From: Podarcis pityusensis
Lineage: Eukaryota
Reading direction: 5' to 3' (one strand)
NCBI GenBank assembly: GCA_964106645.2
Contig: OZ067047.1
DNA length: 64,000 bases
Of this stretch, positions 1 to 13,546 are shown piece after piece (positions within the stretch are counted from its first letter, which is position 1; each line of letters starts with the position of its first letter). Position numbers and translations under genes: made by a program. The notes beneath the pieces were generated by a model. That model did not search any database. It was given only the letters and a program-made list of their open reading frames with translations, and had not been told where the DNA came from.

Positions 1-534
1 AATGGTTCTCCAACTTAGATACCTGCTGTGCTTCTTTGCATTTAGCCTTCAGGATACTGCAAATCTTCTTTTGCAGTTCAGGAAACAGCAACAAGACTAT
101 TCACACTTACAAGCAGTGAGAACTTCCTAATCAACACCACCATGTAAATGCCCCTATTTTCAGAAAGAGGAATTGGAAATTACTCTAGTTAAAACTCCCA
201 AAGGTCATACTATGCAAATCAACCCTGGTGCACCTTCAATGCTAGAGGAACCAGCAGGGTTCTATTTCTGAAACAAGCATGTATGTAAACGGAAGCCCTA
301 TTTGAGATTGAGACCAACACACACATTCAGGCTCCTGGTGGGAAACCAAAACCTTATTACAATAGCTTCGATTCCGGCACAGATGTATACATTACATTAG
401 ATCATTTCATCACATAAATGGGAATCAAGTTACTAAAAGTTACAACATGCAACGTATACAAAATGGCAATGTCAAATCAATTGTAAAGTTCAAAAATTGT
501 ATAGAAACAATTTGATTACTGCTTTTTTAAAAAA

Positions 535-561
535 CAGCAACAACAACAACAACAACAACAG
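535..561. repeat. (CAA/CAG)n microsatellite
   Basis: cagcaacaacaa...caacag run. Confidence 0.85.
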
Positions 562-3537
562 CTCAATGAGACTTCAAGTACATAACCCAGTTTCAGCTCC
601 AGCAGTGCTTTAAAAGCAAAGTTACATGCAACTTTCGGTAATTGCACCAAAACGCAAAGAACTTCTGACTTTTTCTGATGAAGACTATGGGGAAGCAATT
701 TCTGTGCTGCTACATTAACACAATCACCCCTTATCCCATATCTAATCCAACTGAATGCAATGAAGACAGGTGAAATCTATATTCAGGTAAGGATTCCTGT
801 TTATGCACGGATCCTCTCAACAGAATCAGGGGCTACATGTTAAAGATTATGACCCTAATCATTTGATTGCTTACCAGGTATTAGTACTCTGAAACCATCC
901 CGTTTCAAGTCAAAAATGTCATCCACACAGCAAGTGTACAATTAAGACTTTAAACGAAAACTCGCCACCAGCTCACTCAATAAGTGGCAAATTAGTTTTT
1001 TTAAAGAGCATGCAAAGAATTTAAATGAAGCTGATCTCAACTTCAAACAAAAGCTGAAAAATTCTTTATATCCATTGCTTTTGAAAATTTAAGAACAGTC
1101 CACCATCATGAGTCAGGCTAGTCAAGACAAATATCATAAAAAGCATTTCAGAATTTCCTTGTGTCAAGTTAATAACCCTGAATTAAGGCAAGTACAGAGA
1201 AGAAGCTATTTTCATTCCAAAAACTTTATTTAAATTATTAAATTCGACTTCAGAATTGGCCACAATGTTCATGCAAAAGGTAAGCAGGTAAATAGCTCAA
1301 GAGTGGGGAGACCTGTTTACTTCTAGAGGCTGCTGGACTACAACTCCCATCATTCCTGACCACTGGCCATGCTGGCTGGGGCTGATGGGAGTTGGAGTCC
1401 AACAATACCTGGAGGACCACAGATTCTCTATACCTAAATTACCACTTTAGCAACAATAGTCAGCTACTTTTATTTCACATACAAATGGATCCCGATTAAG
1501 TTTGAATACAGCTCTCCCTTTTTCTTTATTGGCTAGTCGTCATACTGCAGAATCTGGTGAGTTTTCTGAACGAGATGCAAAATTTAATTTTAACCTACTT
1601 TATTTTCAGAGATAAAAGTGCCATGTATCAAGCACAGGTCGCTTTTAAAAGGTGTCTTTGTAGTTTCTTACACCCCCCTTTCTATATTTTGAAATACTTT
1701 CTCTTACTTCCACAGCTAGCTATGCGGAGAAAAGCCTCTGGCATCTCTCCAGCTTTAAACCAGTTACAATTTATTTTTGACAAATCCTATTGAAATCACT
1801 CAATCATATGAGCAGTATTTTTAGCAGAATGCAACAAACACTTTCAGGATTAGGGATGATGGAGAGACTCACTTTTATAATCATTCTCAAGCAAACTATT
1901 CCAGCTAAAAGGACAACATACCCAGATATCTGATGGGGGGGGGGGAGACTGGTCTGCTGTCTGTAAGCATTTGGATAGATAAAAATATAGGGGGGCTTTG
2001 TCAAATTGGCAGCTAATGCAAAATAATGATTTTGACTAGGAACTATTGATTTCACTGGATTGTAGGATGACAGCCTATGGGGGGGGAGTGGATTTTTCAC
2101 TAGACGCCTCTTAAACACATTTCCTCACCGGAATTTTCTAGATTAAGCTTGTGTACACAGCCGTGTCTCTTAACTTTTGTAGGTTGCCTGATACAATGAC
2201 TAGCACAGAATGAGTAATATTAGTAGTGATGAACCTCAGCATGGGCCCAAACAATATCACAAGCTTACCTGCAATTTGTAATGCATAATTCACACTGTTA
2301 TGTAAAGAACTAGCGTGGTGTAATGGTTAAAGAATTGGGACCAGGGCCTGGGAGACCAGGGTTCAAACACCTTGAGTTCCTTGGATAAAAGGTGGGATTA
2401 AAATGTAACAAAACGTATAAATAAATACCTCTTACTGCCCTTCCAAAAATAATAATAATAATAATATATTTTAAAGAAACCTAAAGCTATGGTACAAAAA
2501 AATAAAACAAAACATCTTAAGGTATGTTTTTCCATTTGTAACTATCTAGCCAGCCAAAATACAAAACTGAAATATTAATTAGCATCATTCTGTCTGCTGG
2601 CAACAAGGAGTTTTAACTTGGCTAATCCCAGCGCAGAGTGGCTTAAAGCAACCCTTTCCCAACCCTCCGGAGAACAGAAGAAAGCACTGCAGTCTCCCAA
2701 AGTAGTTACAAAGGTAGCTTTCCCTGCTCTTTGGACCCAAGATAGCGGTCATTCGAAGGGGAGGCGATTGCAACATTCAAGACCTTCGCAAGCGCACATT
2801 ATCTAAGGCCTGGTGGCAGCACAGGGCACTGGGGGGGTGGGGAACAGGGAATAAAGCCTGAGCCGCGAGGAGGAGGACTGCACTGAAACGTGGGTCCTCC
2901 TGGCAGTGACATAACCGAACCTGGCCACTGCAGTCTGGAAGCATCACGATTTTGGGAAGCGGGTGGAGGACGAAGAAGAAGAAGAAAGGGGCAGGGAGAG
3001 CCAGGCTGGCTACTCAGATCTGGAGATCCGTGCATGGAAAAGCAATGCGGAAGGCGCTTGTGGAAAGGAGCACCACCGGGGTGTTTGGAGGAGGGCTCCT
3101 CCTGAGCTGTTGCGGGAGCGGGCGAGGGAAATAAAAACAAAAAGGGAGCTGCGAACACAATAAGTAAAGTCTCCAGCAATGTAGCCTCGGGCGGCGTGTG
3201 CGCGGGGCCTGGCCGGCGCAAAGCGCAGACCCCCGCGCTCCAACCAGGGCGCAGATGGAGACCGCGCGCACCCGGCCACCGAGTCGTCTTTTGCTCTCTC
3301 CGCCGGGGTGGGCGCAGCGCAAGCGGAGCAGCAGCCCGAATCTCAGGAGCAGTGCATAGCCATGGAGGGGAGGGGATGCGAGCGGGCTCCGTGGGGAGGC
3401 GCTAGGGAGAGAGGGAGCAAGGCAGCGGCGGACCGGGGCCGAGCAGGGACTGTGTGCCTCGCAAGGAGAAACGGGGACAGGATCAGACCCCCCCCCCAAG
3501 CCCCCGTCTTTTGTCTCCCTTTCCCTCCTCTGCTTAC

Positions 3538-3658
3538 CCGCCAGCTCGTCCGGCTCCAGCCCGCTGTCGGCATCGATCCCACACAGCACGAAGTAGTGCG
3601 CAAAGCGGCAGGGCGCCGAGCCCGAGCCGGGCCCGGGGGGCGCCGCGCTGCCGCTCAT
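3538..3658 (-). CDS. DENND5B: DENN domain-containing protein 5B, coding exon 1 (rest of gene lies left of the window)
   Basis: [40 protein letters not shown](G) matches the DENND5B N-terminus. ATG at 3658; phase-1 donor G|GTAAG at 3537. Synteny with ETFBKMT/AMN1 supports 5B over 5A. Confidence 0.95.
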
Positions 3659-3718
3659 CCCTCCGCCGGCGTCCGCGATCTCTCTCGGGCAGGATCCCAA
3701 GCAGCAGGGGCAGCGCCG

Positions 3719-3754
3719 CTAACGCATCAGCACCAGCAGCCGCGCTCCTTCCAT
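3719..3754 (-). other. uORF (MEGARLLVLMR) in DENND5B 5' UTR
   Basis: gcgccATGG optimal Kozak at 3754, TAG at 3721-3719, about 60 nt upstream of the main ATG. Confidence 0.55.
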
Positions 3755-4840
3755 GGCGCAAGTCCGCCCGGGTGGCGGCCTCCTTCGCCGAGCGGGAGGA
3801 AGACGAGGACGCGGCGCCAGCAGTAGTGGCAACGGCAGTGGCAGCGGCGGCGGCGCCCCTCGGTCAGCTGAGGCTGCAGCCGGCGCTCGAGCCCCGCTAG
3901 GCACCGTCCCGCCGTCGCCTCTGCCGCCTCCCCCTGCCGGTCAGACGCTAAGCCGCGCCGCGGGAGGGAGAAGGAGCGCAGCGGCCCGCTTCCGCCCCGC
4001 CTCCTCGGCGGGACATTTAAACCACGCTTGGCGCACGAAGCGAGGCTCGGCAACCCAAGGCCGGGATTGGTTTGGTTCTCAGCCGCCTCCCGAAACGCGT
4101 GAAATTTTGCTTGACGGACCACCTGAATTGTTTTCCTGCCTGTTGTAGCAATTGCAATGCGCTGTGCTAGATGCTGTATGGTTTTTAATTGTATTTTTAG
4201 TGCCTCTCCTGTTTGTTGCATTACCATTTGAATCCCATAGAATACAAGGTATGAGAGGGAATCAGAATACAATTTAAAATCATGAAGAATATTTACTACA
4301 GGCTTGCCATGGATCATCTGAGTGAAGCAAATACTGTATGCACAAGGAAGAGGTACGTAGCTAACAAAACAACAAGAATGGTCAAGAAGTCAAAGCAGAG
4401 AAAATGACTCCTGCTAAGCTGACCAGAGGCACGGCAGATCCGGAAGGCCGAGGGCATGATGGCTCCTTCCCTACATTGCTTGTGCAGCACAAAAGCTGTC
4501 CCTTACCCCACATATCTGTCCACCAAAAGTGGCAAGTGAAGCTCAGACAAATGCAGAGACATGAGAGACAGGCAGGCAGGCAAGATAAAAAGGCTGGAAT
4601 GGATCTGTGGCTTTTGCCTGCAGAAAACTGCCACCCCTGGATCCATTCCAGCCTTTTTTTCTGCCTGCAACTCACTTTGCTCCACTTGATCCCCTTTAAT
4701 AAATAAATAAAATTAGAGTATGTTTGGGCACACTTGGCACACCCCCTGAGCATACCCAGTACAGCCCAAAGTGTTGTTTAGGTGCAACATGATTTTAATG
4801 GTGATACCACAGGAAAAGGCACTGTTTCTTAATTCTAAGG

Positions 4841-5094
4841 CAGGGGTAGGCAACCTAAGGCCCGGGGGCTGGATGTGGCCCAGTCGCCTTCTAAATCCGG
4901 CCCGCGGATGGTCTGGGAATCAGAGTGTTTTTACATGAGGAGAATGTGTGCTTTTATTTAAAGTGCATCTCTGGGTTATTTGTGGGGCACAGGAATTCGT
5001 TCATATATTTTTTTCTTCAAAATATAGTCTGGCCCACCACATGGTCTGAGGGATGGTGAACCGGCCCACGGCTGAAAAAGGTTGCTGACCCCTG
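4841..5094. mobile_element. Non-autonomous hAT transposon (MITE)
   Basis: CAGGGG...CCCCTG termini with 8-bp TSD TTCTAAGG. Confidence 0.9.
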
Positions 5095-5189
5095 TTCTAA
5101 GGGCATTATTTGGCTGGCTGGCAAAAGATTTTTAATCATGCTACTTAAGTAACCTTAGCAATGCCAGAATATCTCTGCTTTCTATGGTC

Positions 5190-5272
5190 AATCTTTTGTC
5201 TTGATTTGATCAAATCACTTAATCTCAGCAATTATCAAGTTGAGTGATTTGATCAAATCAAGACGAAAGATT
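5190..5272 (+). repeat. 33-bp inverted repeat / long hairpin
   Basis: Arms 5190-5222 and 5240-5272 are complementary except two positions (G-U pairs on the + strand); 17-nt loop. Confidence 0.85.
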
Positions 5273-5919
5273 TGTTTCCATACTGCATATGTTAATCAAC
5301 TTACCAGTGCCAGGTTGTCTGTGCTGTCTTCTTTTTTGTAAATGGTTCCCTGCCCTACTGTTAATACAATCATCTCAGCATTTATTACCCATTTAGAAGG
5401 TTACTGTAAAATATTAAAGACACACCTATTCAACATATGTAAATTTAAGCTTTAATTATCACTGACGGTAACTTTTGTATCCCATTGCCATTCAAATCCC
5501 ACCTTACAATTTTCCCTTTATTTGCCTGGCTGCTAAGATTTCACATAATGCATCTGATGAAGTGTGGTTGAATTTGTTAGTCTCTTAAAGCACTGCAAGG
5601 CTCTTTGCTTGTTTTTACTTTGCTCTGTAAGCTCTCTTGCAATAGGGCTGCCACTGATGTCAGGGAAGAATGCACCTCCTCATACTGGATTGGTTGGTTG
5701 TCTGTTCTGTGGCTGTGTGTGGCAGTTCCCTTCCTATGTGTAGTCTAATGTATTTATAGGACTCCTTTAAGGGCTATCACAAGTTGCTGAACATCTACAC
5801 CCTTGTTGCCTACAGCTGTGTGAATTAGATTCTCTGCTATGTATTAATTCACAGTTTAGGACTAAATGCATGCAAGCTGAGAGCAGTCTCTGGGAACTGG
5901 CTCATGGGCACATGTGTTC

Positions 5920-6183
5920 TGTTAAGTTGTGGGTGAACATATCAAACAACACAGCAATTCTTCAAACAGCTCTTGTTTATTCACAGGCCAGAACAGAACT
6001 GAACTGAAGGGTTCAGCCAGCCTGCTTATATAGAGCTCCACTAGAGCACAACAGTAACCATTTTCTGTAACTATCCAATCACCGAACGTCACTTTCAATC
6101 CCTTATTTGCATATGTGGACCTGAGTGAAAACTATCTACGGTATCCCCCTGCTGGCCCAGGGTGAGAACTTCAGTACATAACA
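5920..6183 (-). mobile_element. Solo LTR (5-bp TSD; Gypsy/Copia-like)
   Basis: TGTTA...TAACA ends, TSD TGTTC, AATAAA and TATA on the minus strand. Confidence 0.8.
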
Positions 6184-9100
6184 TGTTCCAAAACTGAAAA
6201 GAGAATGGTGAACGTGGAAGAGGGAAACAGGTCTGGTGTGTGGTCAGGAAGACCTTAGGTATGTCAAATATGGGAGTGGAGCTCTGAACACAACCTCAAG
6301 CTACATTTAATGGCAAGACACATTTGAATGTCTAAAAGGAGCACACCTAGAAAACACCTCTGTCTGAGACATAAGAAGAGCTTTACTAGATCAGACCAAG
6401 GGTTCATATAATCCAACATATTGTTCTTATGGTGGCCAACCAGATGCCTATGGAAAGCCCATAAGCAGAAGCTGGATTCAACAACAAGTAGGAGGGGGGA
6501 GAAGAGGGGGAGAGAGGGGAAAAAGAGGGGGGAAAGAGAGAGAGAGAAAAGGAGAAGGAGAGAGAAACAAGTAGGAGCAGTGGAGTTAAAAGATGCTGGG
6601 GAGCAGCTGCTAGACCAGGCAGACAGGTCCTGAAATAGATTGACTTTCCATTTGATTCTGTCTGAATTTACTTCCAGGTGTAAAAAAAAGTAAACCCACT
6701 TAAGGGGAAGTGAGCACTACAGTATTGAATATATTGGGACTTACATTTGAATAAACATGCATAGGATTAGGCTAAAATCCAATGCACACTTATCTAAGGG
6801 TGATAACGTTGAATTTAATTCTAAGTAAACCTCAGGTGTGCACTGAATGGCTCAATCAATTCTAAGTAAACCGCTGGCTCAATCATTTGCACACTTAGGT
6901 TGGCCTGTTGTCTTACTTAAGTGGGTTGTATTTTGAGTAAATATGCAAAGCTCTTTGCATCCTGGCCCCTCTGAACAAGCCAAGTTAAGCAGGGCCTCTT
7001 GTCTGCATCTAGTCACCATCTTTACAGATATTTCAGATTGCAACATAACTAGAGTTGGGTGTTCTTCATAGCACGAGAGGAAGTATTTCATTTTTAAATA
7101 TGAGTTTTTCTCAGCAAGAAAGTTACCCCTGAAAAAAAGTTTATTTCCAAGGGTTTTGGGCAGTGGCAGAGGAAAGGGCATGCAGGTGGTGCGGGCTGTC
7201 CCAGGTGTCATCACTGGGGTGTGTGTGTGTGTGACAAAATGAGTTTTATTTTAAATTGGACTCATGAAACTTTAGGAGTGACGTGGTGGCTTAGGCTCCT
7301 GCAGGTTCCGCGCTACCTAAAATGGCAGCGTAGGACCTGCGTCTGCCTACTGCCTCTCCCTCAGCCGCCCTACAGCTGAGGCGGAGGCAGTGGAGAGACT
7401 CTGAGAGGCTCGCCCCCATGGGTGGCTCGCCTTGCCCCCCAGCTGCAGGACACGCCCCCGCACCAGGCACCCGAGCGGCTAGCTACACCACTGGTTTGGG
7501 GTATTTTCAGATTCATGAAGATCAGCATCAGAGGCTCTTGCGCCTTTGTCAGGTATCAGGCACTCAGCTTTTCCTGTAACGGCACTGCCATCTCTCCCTG
7601 CTTAAAAAAACCCTATCAATTTTGCACTGTTTTATGCTGTCTCCTTTGGTTTTAACGTTGCTGATGAATATGGAGCTGCTTTATACCAGGACATCCTATT
7701 GTCTATTTAGCTCAGCATTGTTTGCTCCAGCTGGAAGTTGCTGCCAAAGTTTCTACAGAAATGTTTCCCACCATCTTTCCTATGCAAAGGATGTATTCTT
7801 TCATGGTGCTATGACCATGCTGAAGGAAGAGAGCAGGGGCTTGGCTGGAGACTGATGTATTTTAAAGTCAGTGTCATTCTTGCCATAATTGCAATATACT
7901 GTATATATTTTTCTTTTGAAAATAATAATAGTAATAATGGGGTATAGATAATTTTGCAAACAGGAAAGGGAATGTGCTCAGTTAATTAACACACGTACAA
8001 AAATGCATGTTTACTTTGGAGCAAGTTACACTATGTCCAAAGTGGTTTGCTTCCCATCACATCTATTTAGGATTGCAGCCTAGTTTTGGGATTGGACCTC
8101 TGGAACAAGAAAATAATAGCATGGCTACTTACTGCTCAACTCTATTTTGGCAGCATCATCTTTTGTATTATAAATTAACATCCACTCCTGGATTAACCTT
8201 TTGCCTGCAGTAATTATCAGCTCCATTCAAACACTCATCTTTGATTCATGGCCAGTTCTTGTACAGATGGAATAAGAAGGTTCAGCTATAGAGACATTTT
8301 TTAACCCAATTAATTGCCTTTTTTTATTGCAGTGACTTATTTCCCCCTTTGAATTTTCAGTTCTAGCTTCCTGCATTAATAATAGCATTTTTCCTTAATC
8401 TCCTCTGAAGCCTTTACCTTTCAGAAGCTGCCAGCCTAAATTGGGTCAACAGCTGACACATACGGTATATTAAAAGTCTTTTTGGTTTTGCCATAAAGGA
8501 TCAGACCATTTGTCAATCAAGCCCTATCTCATGCACCCTGGAAATAGTTTTTAAAAAACCCATTTTTAATTGTAGTGCCATACAACTGGGAGTAAATCTT
8601 TCTGTGTTCACCAAGGCTTAAAAAAAGGTAAAGGGACCCCTGACCATTAGCTTACTCACTGATAAATTCTGAAAGCAATTCTAAACTTACTTATTTGTTA
8701 GTTTTCCAGTGATGAGGACCCTGTCCTTTGGTCAGCCAAGAACAAATATATCTGACAAGTCAAGACTGCCCCACCCCTTAATCTTTAAGATTAAAGTTGT
8801 ACCCAAGCAATTCACTTTATATTTGACCCTATAAACCAAGGAGAGCACCCAAGGTGGCTGACACCCAACTCTTAAGAAGCAAAACTTTTGCCTGCAGCCA
8901 CAATGCTTAATTTGTTGAAATGTAGAAGGCATACTAATGATAGGAGTAATGCAAGCTTCTCTAGAAGCCTATGTTGAAAAACTGCTAAATGTAGCCAATT
9001 TGAATTCGTTTTAGCCACAACACAAAATCAGTACAAAATACATTATGAAAGCAGTTGTGTTTGGTCACATCCATATCATACATTTAACACACATGGTTTC

Positions 9101-9505
9101 CCCCAAAGAATCCTGGGAACTGCAGTTTCCCCTTACACAGATGTCCAGCACACTTAGCAAACTACAGTTCCCAAGATTCTTGTGAAGGAGTGACCCATGC
9201 ACTTTTAATGTGTGGTGTAGACATGACCTTAGTTGTAGACTTTAAACAAAGCGCAGCTAGATGCATAAGCCAGCCACCTTTGACACTGTGATGCTGGAAA
9301 AAATGGAAATTTAAATAGCCGTTACCAAAGTTCAAACTGAAATATAGACACCAGTTTGTAATCGGAACAGGGAGCGGTTTAGAGCTGCTGCAGCAGCAGC
9401 ACCTGCTATTATCCTAGGGAACAAGAATGAGTCCGAGGCCATTCAAATGCCGCTGGACTCCCATCAGACTCAGCAAGCAGGACGTAAGACCAGGAAAGAG
9501 TTGTA

Positions 9506-9731
9506 CAGTGGTACCTCGGGTTACATACGCTTCAGGTTACAGACTCCGCTAACCCAAAAATAGTACCTCGGGTTAAGAACTTTGCTTCAGGATGAGAACA
9601 GAAATAGTGCTCCGGCGGCGCGGCAGCAGGGGGAGGCCCCATTAGCTAAAGTGGTGCTTCAGGTTAAGAACAGTTTCAGGTTAAGAACGGATCTCCGGAA
9701 TGAATTAAGTTCTTAACCCGAGGTACCACTG
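9506..9731. mobile_element. Tc1/mariner-pogo (Tigger-like) MITE, family A
   Basis: TIR CAGTGGTACCTC/GAGGTACCACTG, TA TSD; same family at 12933, 24326 and 49713. Confidence 0.9.
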
Positions 9732-11654
9732 TAGTTGTAGTTCAGCAACATATGGCTGGACACACCCTTGCCCTATAACAATTCCTTATGATAAGGTTGA
9801 CATATTTCAAAAAGTGAAAATCCGGACCCAAAAGTTGTTGAGCTTTTTAATGTTTTGCCCAAAGTTGTTTTGCTTTTCGTTATTTTAGGCTTTTCCGAGA
9901 CAGATACAGATAGAAGCTTAGCAGCAGGCTCATAGGCAAGGCAGGCCTCATAAGCTCTTATTTTACGTTGAACAACGTCACTATCGCGTTGTGCAAGTCT
10001 GCATAGAATGTGCAGCTTGTTTTCCAGAAGCACAGAAAAGCTCCACCCCTCGCAACTCAGGTCATTAACAACATAAGAATAGTCTGCTGGATCAGACCAC
10101 TGGCCCATCTAGTCCAGCATCCTGTTCTCACAATGGCCGACAGATGCCTATGGGAGGGAAACCAGGGAGCAGAACACAAGCACAACAGCACTCTCCCCTC
10201 CCATTCCAGCAACTGGTATTCAGAACATTGCTGCCTCCGACTGTGAATCTAATCATCTTTTAAAGCCATCGAAGTCAGGGGCCCCCACTGCCTCCTGGGA
10301 GAGTTCCACTGTTTGACTGACTATGCACTGCTTGAAGAAGTGCTTTATGTGTCCTACAACTTCCAACAACATATTTTCTCAACAAAGACCAACTCTTCCC
10401 ACCTCTGTAAAGGGCTGGAAGGCTATGGAAAAGTACAATAGAAATGCAAAGCCTCCTGACTCAAGTAAATCCTGCAATTGTCATGTAAATGCAGACAAGC
10501 CAAATTGTTGGCATCCATCTGTTGACAAGCCCCATCTGCCCCTCACTTCCCTCTACAGCACATGCAGAAAACCGCCTTCTTGACCATTGGACCCACTATT
10601 GGTCCACTCCATTGCTGGAGCCTGTCTTTGCTTGCAGGGGAAGTCCCTACTAAGATTACCTTCACCAGTTGAAGCCATTCTTGGGGTGTGGCTGCTGTTG
10701 CATGCGGACAGCTTCTAGGAGCCACAGGTGAGAGCAGGGCGGGGACCAAAGGTGAACAAACTGCCCCCACCTGAGGTACTGCCACTCCCATAACACCCTA
10801 AATAATCAAGCTAGGTGTTAATCATCACTCTCAGGAGCAGCTTTTTAGGGTGGGAGGCATGGAGGGAGAAATCAACAACAATCTGGAGCTCTGCCTTGCA
10901 CAACTTTCTGCTAATGCAAAGCCACTGTAACTCATTGTCTGTAGTGCAGAGACCGAGAAAGGAAGGTGAATGAAACCCATTGTTATTATAATTAATTAAA
11001 TAAATTTATATACCACCCTTCATCAAGAGGCCCCAGGGCAGTTCACAAAATAAAATACAAGATAAAACACAAGTAAATAATTAAACCAAAACAACAAAAC
11101 AATAACACACAACCCTTCCCACAGATACATTTAAAATATGATATGAATCAGCCAAAGGCCTTGTTGAAGAGGAATGTTTTCGCCTGGCACCTAAAAATAT
11201 ATAATGAAGGAGCCAGGCGAACCTCCCTGGGGAGAGCATTCCACAAATGGTGAGCCACTGCAGAAAAGGCCCGCTGGGCCTCACGTGAAGAAGGACCTCA
11301 GTATGAAATGGTCCAGCTTTTAAGAATGTACGTAAGTCTGTGACCAGCCGTGCAGTTAGGTAACTTTTAGACTTAGGACTTAATGGTCGCTCCCTCCTTT
11401 TGATGGTAATATGTATTTGTTCACTTACCTTACATCATAGTAAGTCAGCTCTACTTAGTTTGCAGGTTCTCCTGCTTGTTCTGCTGTGCAGGACTCTAGC
11501 CCAAACACTCCACCACCACCACTGACCACCCGAGTACGGCGAATTCTGGGAGTCACATTTGCCTCCTGGGCCTGAATTCCCCTACCCTGTTATCTGAGAA
11601 CAGGCCTCCTCCAAGGCAGCTGATGTAACAGAAAGGAAATGCCGAATAAATATA

Positions 11655-12010
11655 CAGTGGTACCTCGCAAGATGAATGCCTCGCAAGACAAAAAAACTCG
11701 CTAGACGAAAGGGTTTTTTGTTTTTTGAGCTGCTTCGTAAGACGATTTTCCCTATGGGCTTGCTTCGCAAGACGGAAACGTCTTGCAAGTTTGTTTCCTT
11801 TTTCTTAACACCGTTAATACAGTTGCGACTTGACTTCGAGGAGCAACTCATAGAACGCGGTGTGGTAGCCTTTTTTGAGGTTTTTAAAGACTTTGGTGAT
11901 TTTTGAAGCTTTTCCAAAACTTTCCCGACACCGTGCTTCGCAAGACGAAAAACATCGCAAGACAACAAAACTCGTGGAACGAATTAATTTCGTCTTGCGA
12001 GGCACCACTG
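11655..12010. mobile_element. Tigger-like MITE, family B
   Basis: TIR CAGTGGTACCTCGCAAGA / TCTTGCGAGGCACCACTG, TA TSD. Confidence 0.85.
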
Positions 12011-12639
12011 TAATAAAGGATTTTTAATGGTTAAATGATAACACATGAAGGCTTTGCAAGGGTAGAGGGCGCTATGATGTCAAATCTTTGTTCTGTAAAT
12101 ACTAATTGCAGCACATATCTATTGTACTAAAATCTGTGATCACTAGATGGCCTCATAACCTAATAAATTTAGGAAACTCTAGGCATAATGTCCCTACTAT
12201 GTGAGTGGCATTAAATCTGAAAGGTTTACTCTGACAGGACTCGGCTGTTCCCCCCATGCACCACACAAGGATGGCGGAGATCTATTTATTTATTTTAAGG
12301 TTGCCCCTGAACATATGTCACAGTACAAGGTTCCAGAACATAGGCCTCTTGTTGCCTTGGTAACGGAGATGTCATTACAACCAAGTAGGCCGGCATTTCC
12401 TTCCTTACCAGTTGGGTGCATTGACACCTCACGGAATACAAGTTAAGGTAGCTTTAAGGTAAGAAGAGTTGATACACTTCACAATGTTTGCCACTGCTTC
12501 CACTAGGGTTGCCAACTTCTTTTAATCTGCCCCACTCCCGAGCATTTAATAGGAGCCTGGCACACAGAAATGTAGCCAGTAAGCCTTTTTCTGGCACGGA
12601 GGAAAAGTGAGAGGAAAAGCTAAGTCTGCACACTTTTGT

Positions 12640-13546
12640 ACTTGCTTACAACGGAGACGATGAGAGTACAATACTCTGATAAGGGAGGGGGAAAGGACAT
12701 AATATGAAAATAGCTGGAAATCTCTCAGCCTTGCTCTCATCAAGGGGAACGGAGCTAAGTTTTGGAGTCTAGTTCAAGGAGGCCTATCAGGCAAACCTAC
12801 TGGGCTTGTACTCCTTATAACACCTGAAACATGGGTGACCCACTTTAGTGACATCTATGGCAGTGAAATGAACTTATTAACCTATACACCAGACAGCTCT
12901 GATCCTCCCTGGCTGGCCACCTGTCTCCACTACAGTGGTACCTCAGGTTAAGTACTTAATTCGTTCCGGAGGTCCGTACTTAACCTGAAACTATTCTTAA
13001 CCTGAAGCACCACTTTAGCTAATGGGGCCTCCTGCTGCCGTCGTGCCGCCGGAGCACGATTTCTGTTCTCATCTTGAAGCAAACTGCTTAACCTGAAGCA
13101 CTATTTCTGGGTTAACAGAGTCTGTAACCTGAAGCGTATGTAACCTGAAGCGTATGTAACCCGAGGTACCACTGTACAGAGATTGGAGAACTTACTATGT
13201 CGCTGCATCCTGGGAAAGCACTGGGTGGAAGATATGATCCCTCCAGAGATATTCTCCTCAGATGTAAATTGGTGGGCCCCAATTTTGGCCAAACTATTTA
13301 CTCACATAAACATGACTGGTGACATCCCCGCAGGGTGGCACACCAGCATAATTGTACCAATCCCCCCCAAAATGAGACCTATTGGATCCCTGTAACTATA
13401 GACCCATAAGTCTCCTAGATGTGGCTTCCAAATTTTACTCACAATATCTATTAAATAAAATTCTGGACTGGGACAGCAAACAAGCCATCATCCATGAAGA
13501 ACAAGCAGGATTTAAGAAGGGCCGGTGCACTACAGACCAAGTTTTT
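12640..13546 (+). mobile_element. Degenerate RTEX-like LINE ORF2 fragment (host of the nested MITE, L1 and ERV; continues at 14904-14916 and 22789-22793)
   Basis: Translations FWSLV, ETWVTHF, NWWAPILA, NYRPISLL and EQAGF..TTDQ are homologous to the full-length LINE at 39483. Confidence 0.8.
12933..13174. mobile_element. Tigger-like MITE family A, inserted in the RTEX-like fragment
   Basis: Same TIRs, TA TSD, opposite orientation to the 9506 copy. Confidence 0.9.

Larger units (their letters stand above)
2860..4120 (-). promoter_or_regulatory. CpG island / promoter of DENND5B
   Basis: Very high GC and CpG density around exon 1; GC box (ccgccccgcc ~3992) and CCAAT (~4066) upstream of the 5' UTR. 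Confidence 0.85.

Noticed and set aside
516-698. ORF with a poly-Cys run
   Set aside because: Produced by the (CAA)n microsatellite, unlike the ERV Cys-rich ORF.
2310-2420. tRNA-like sequence (also ~30495, ~26600, ~55350)
   Set aside because: tRNA-derived SINE heads without a full cloverleaf; not tRNA genes.
3130-3190. AT-rich patch ([11 protein letters not shown]) in the CpG island as a possible alternative DENND5B exon
   Set aside because: No convincing acceptor/donor pair in the right phase; needs transcript data.
2585-4317. Many overlapping ORFs around DENND5B exon 1
   Set aside because: Expected by chance in stop-poor CpG-island sequence; only the 121-nt exon matches a known protein.
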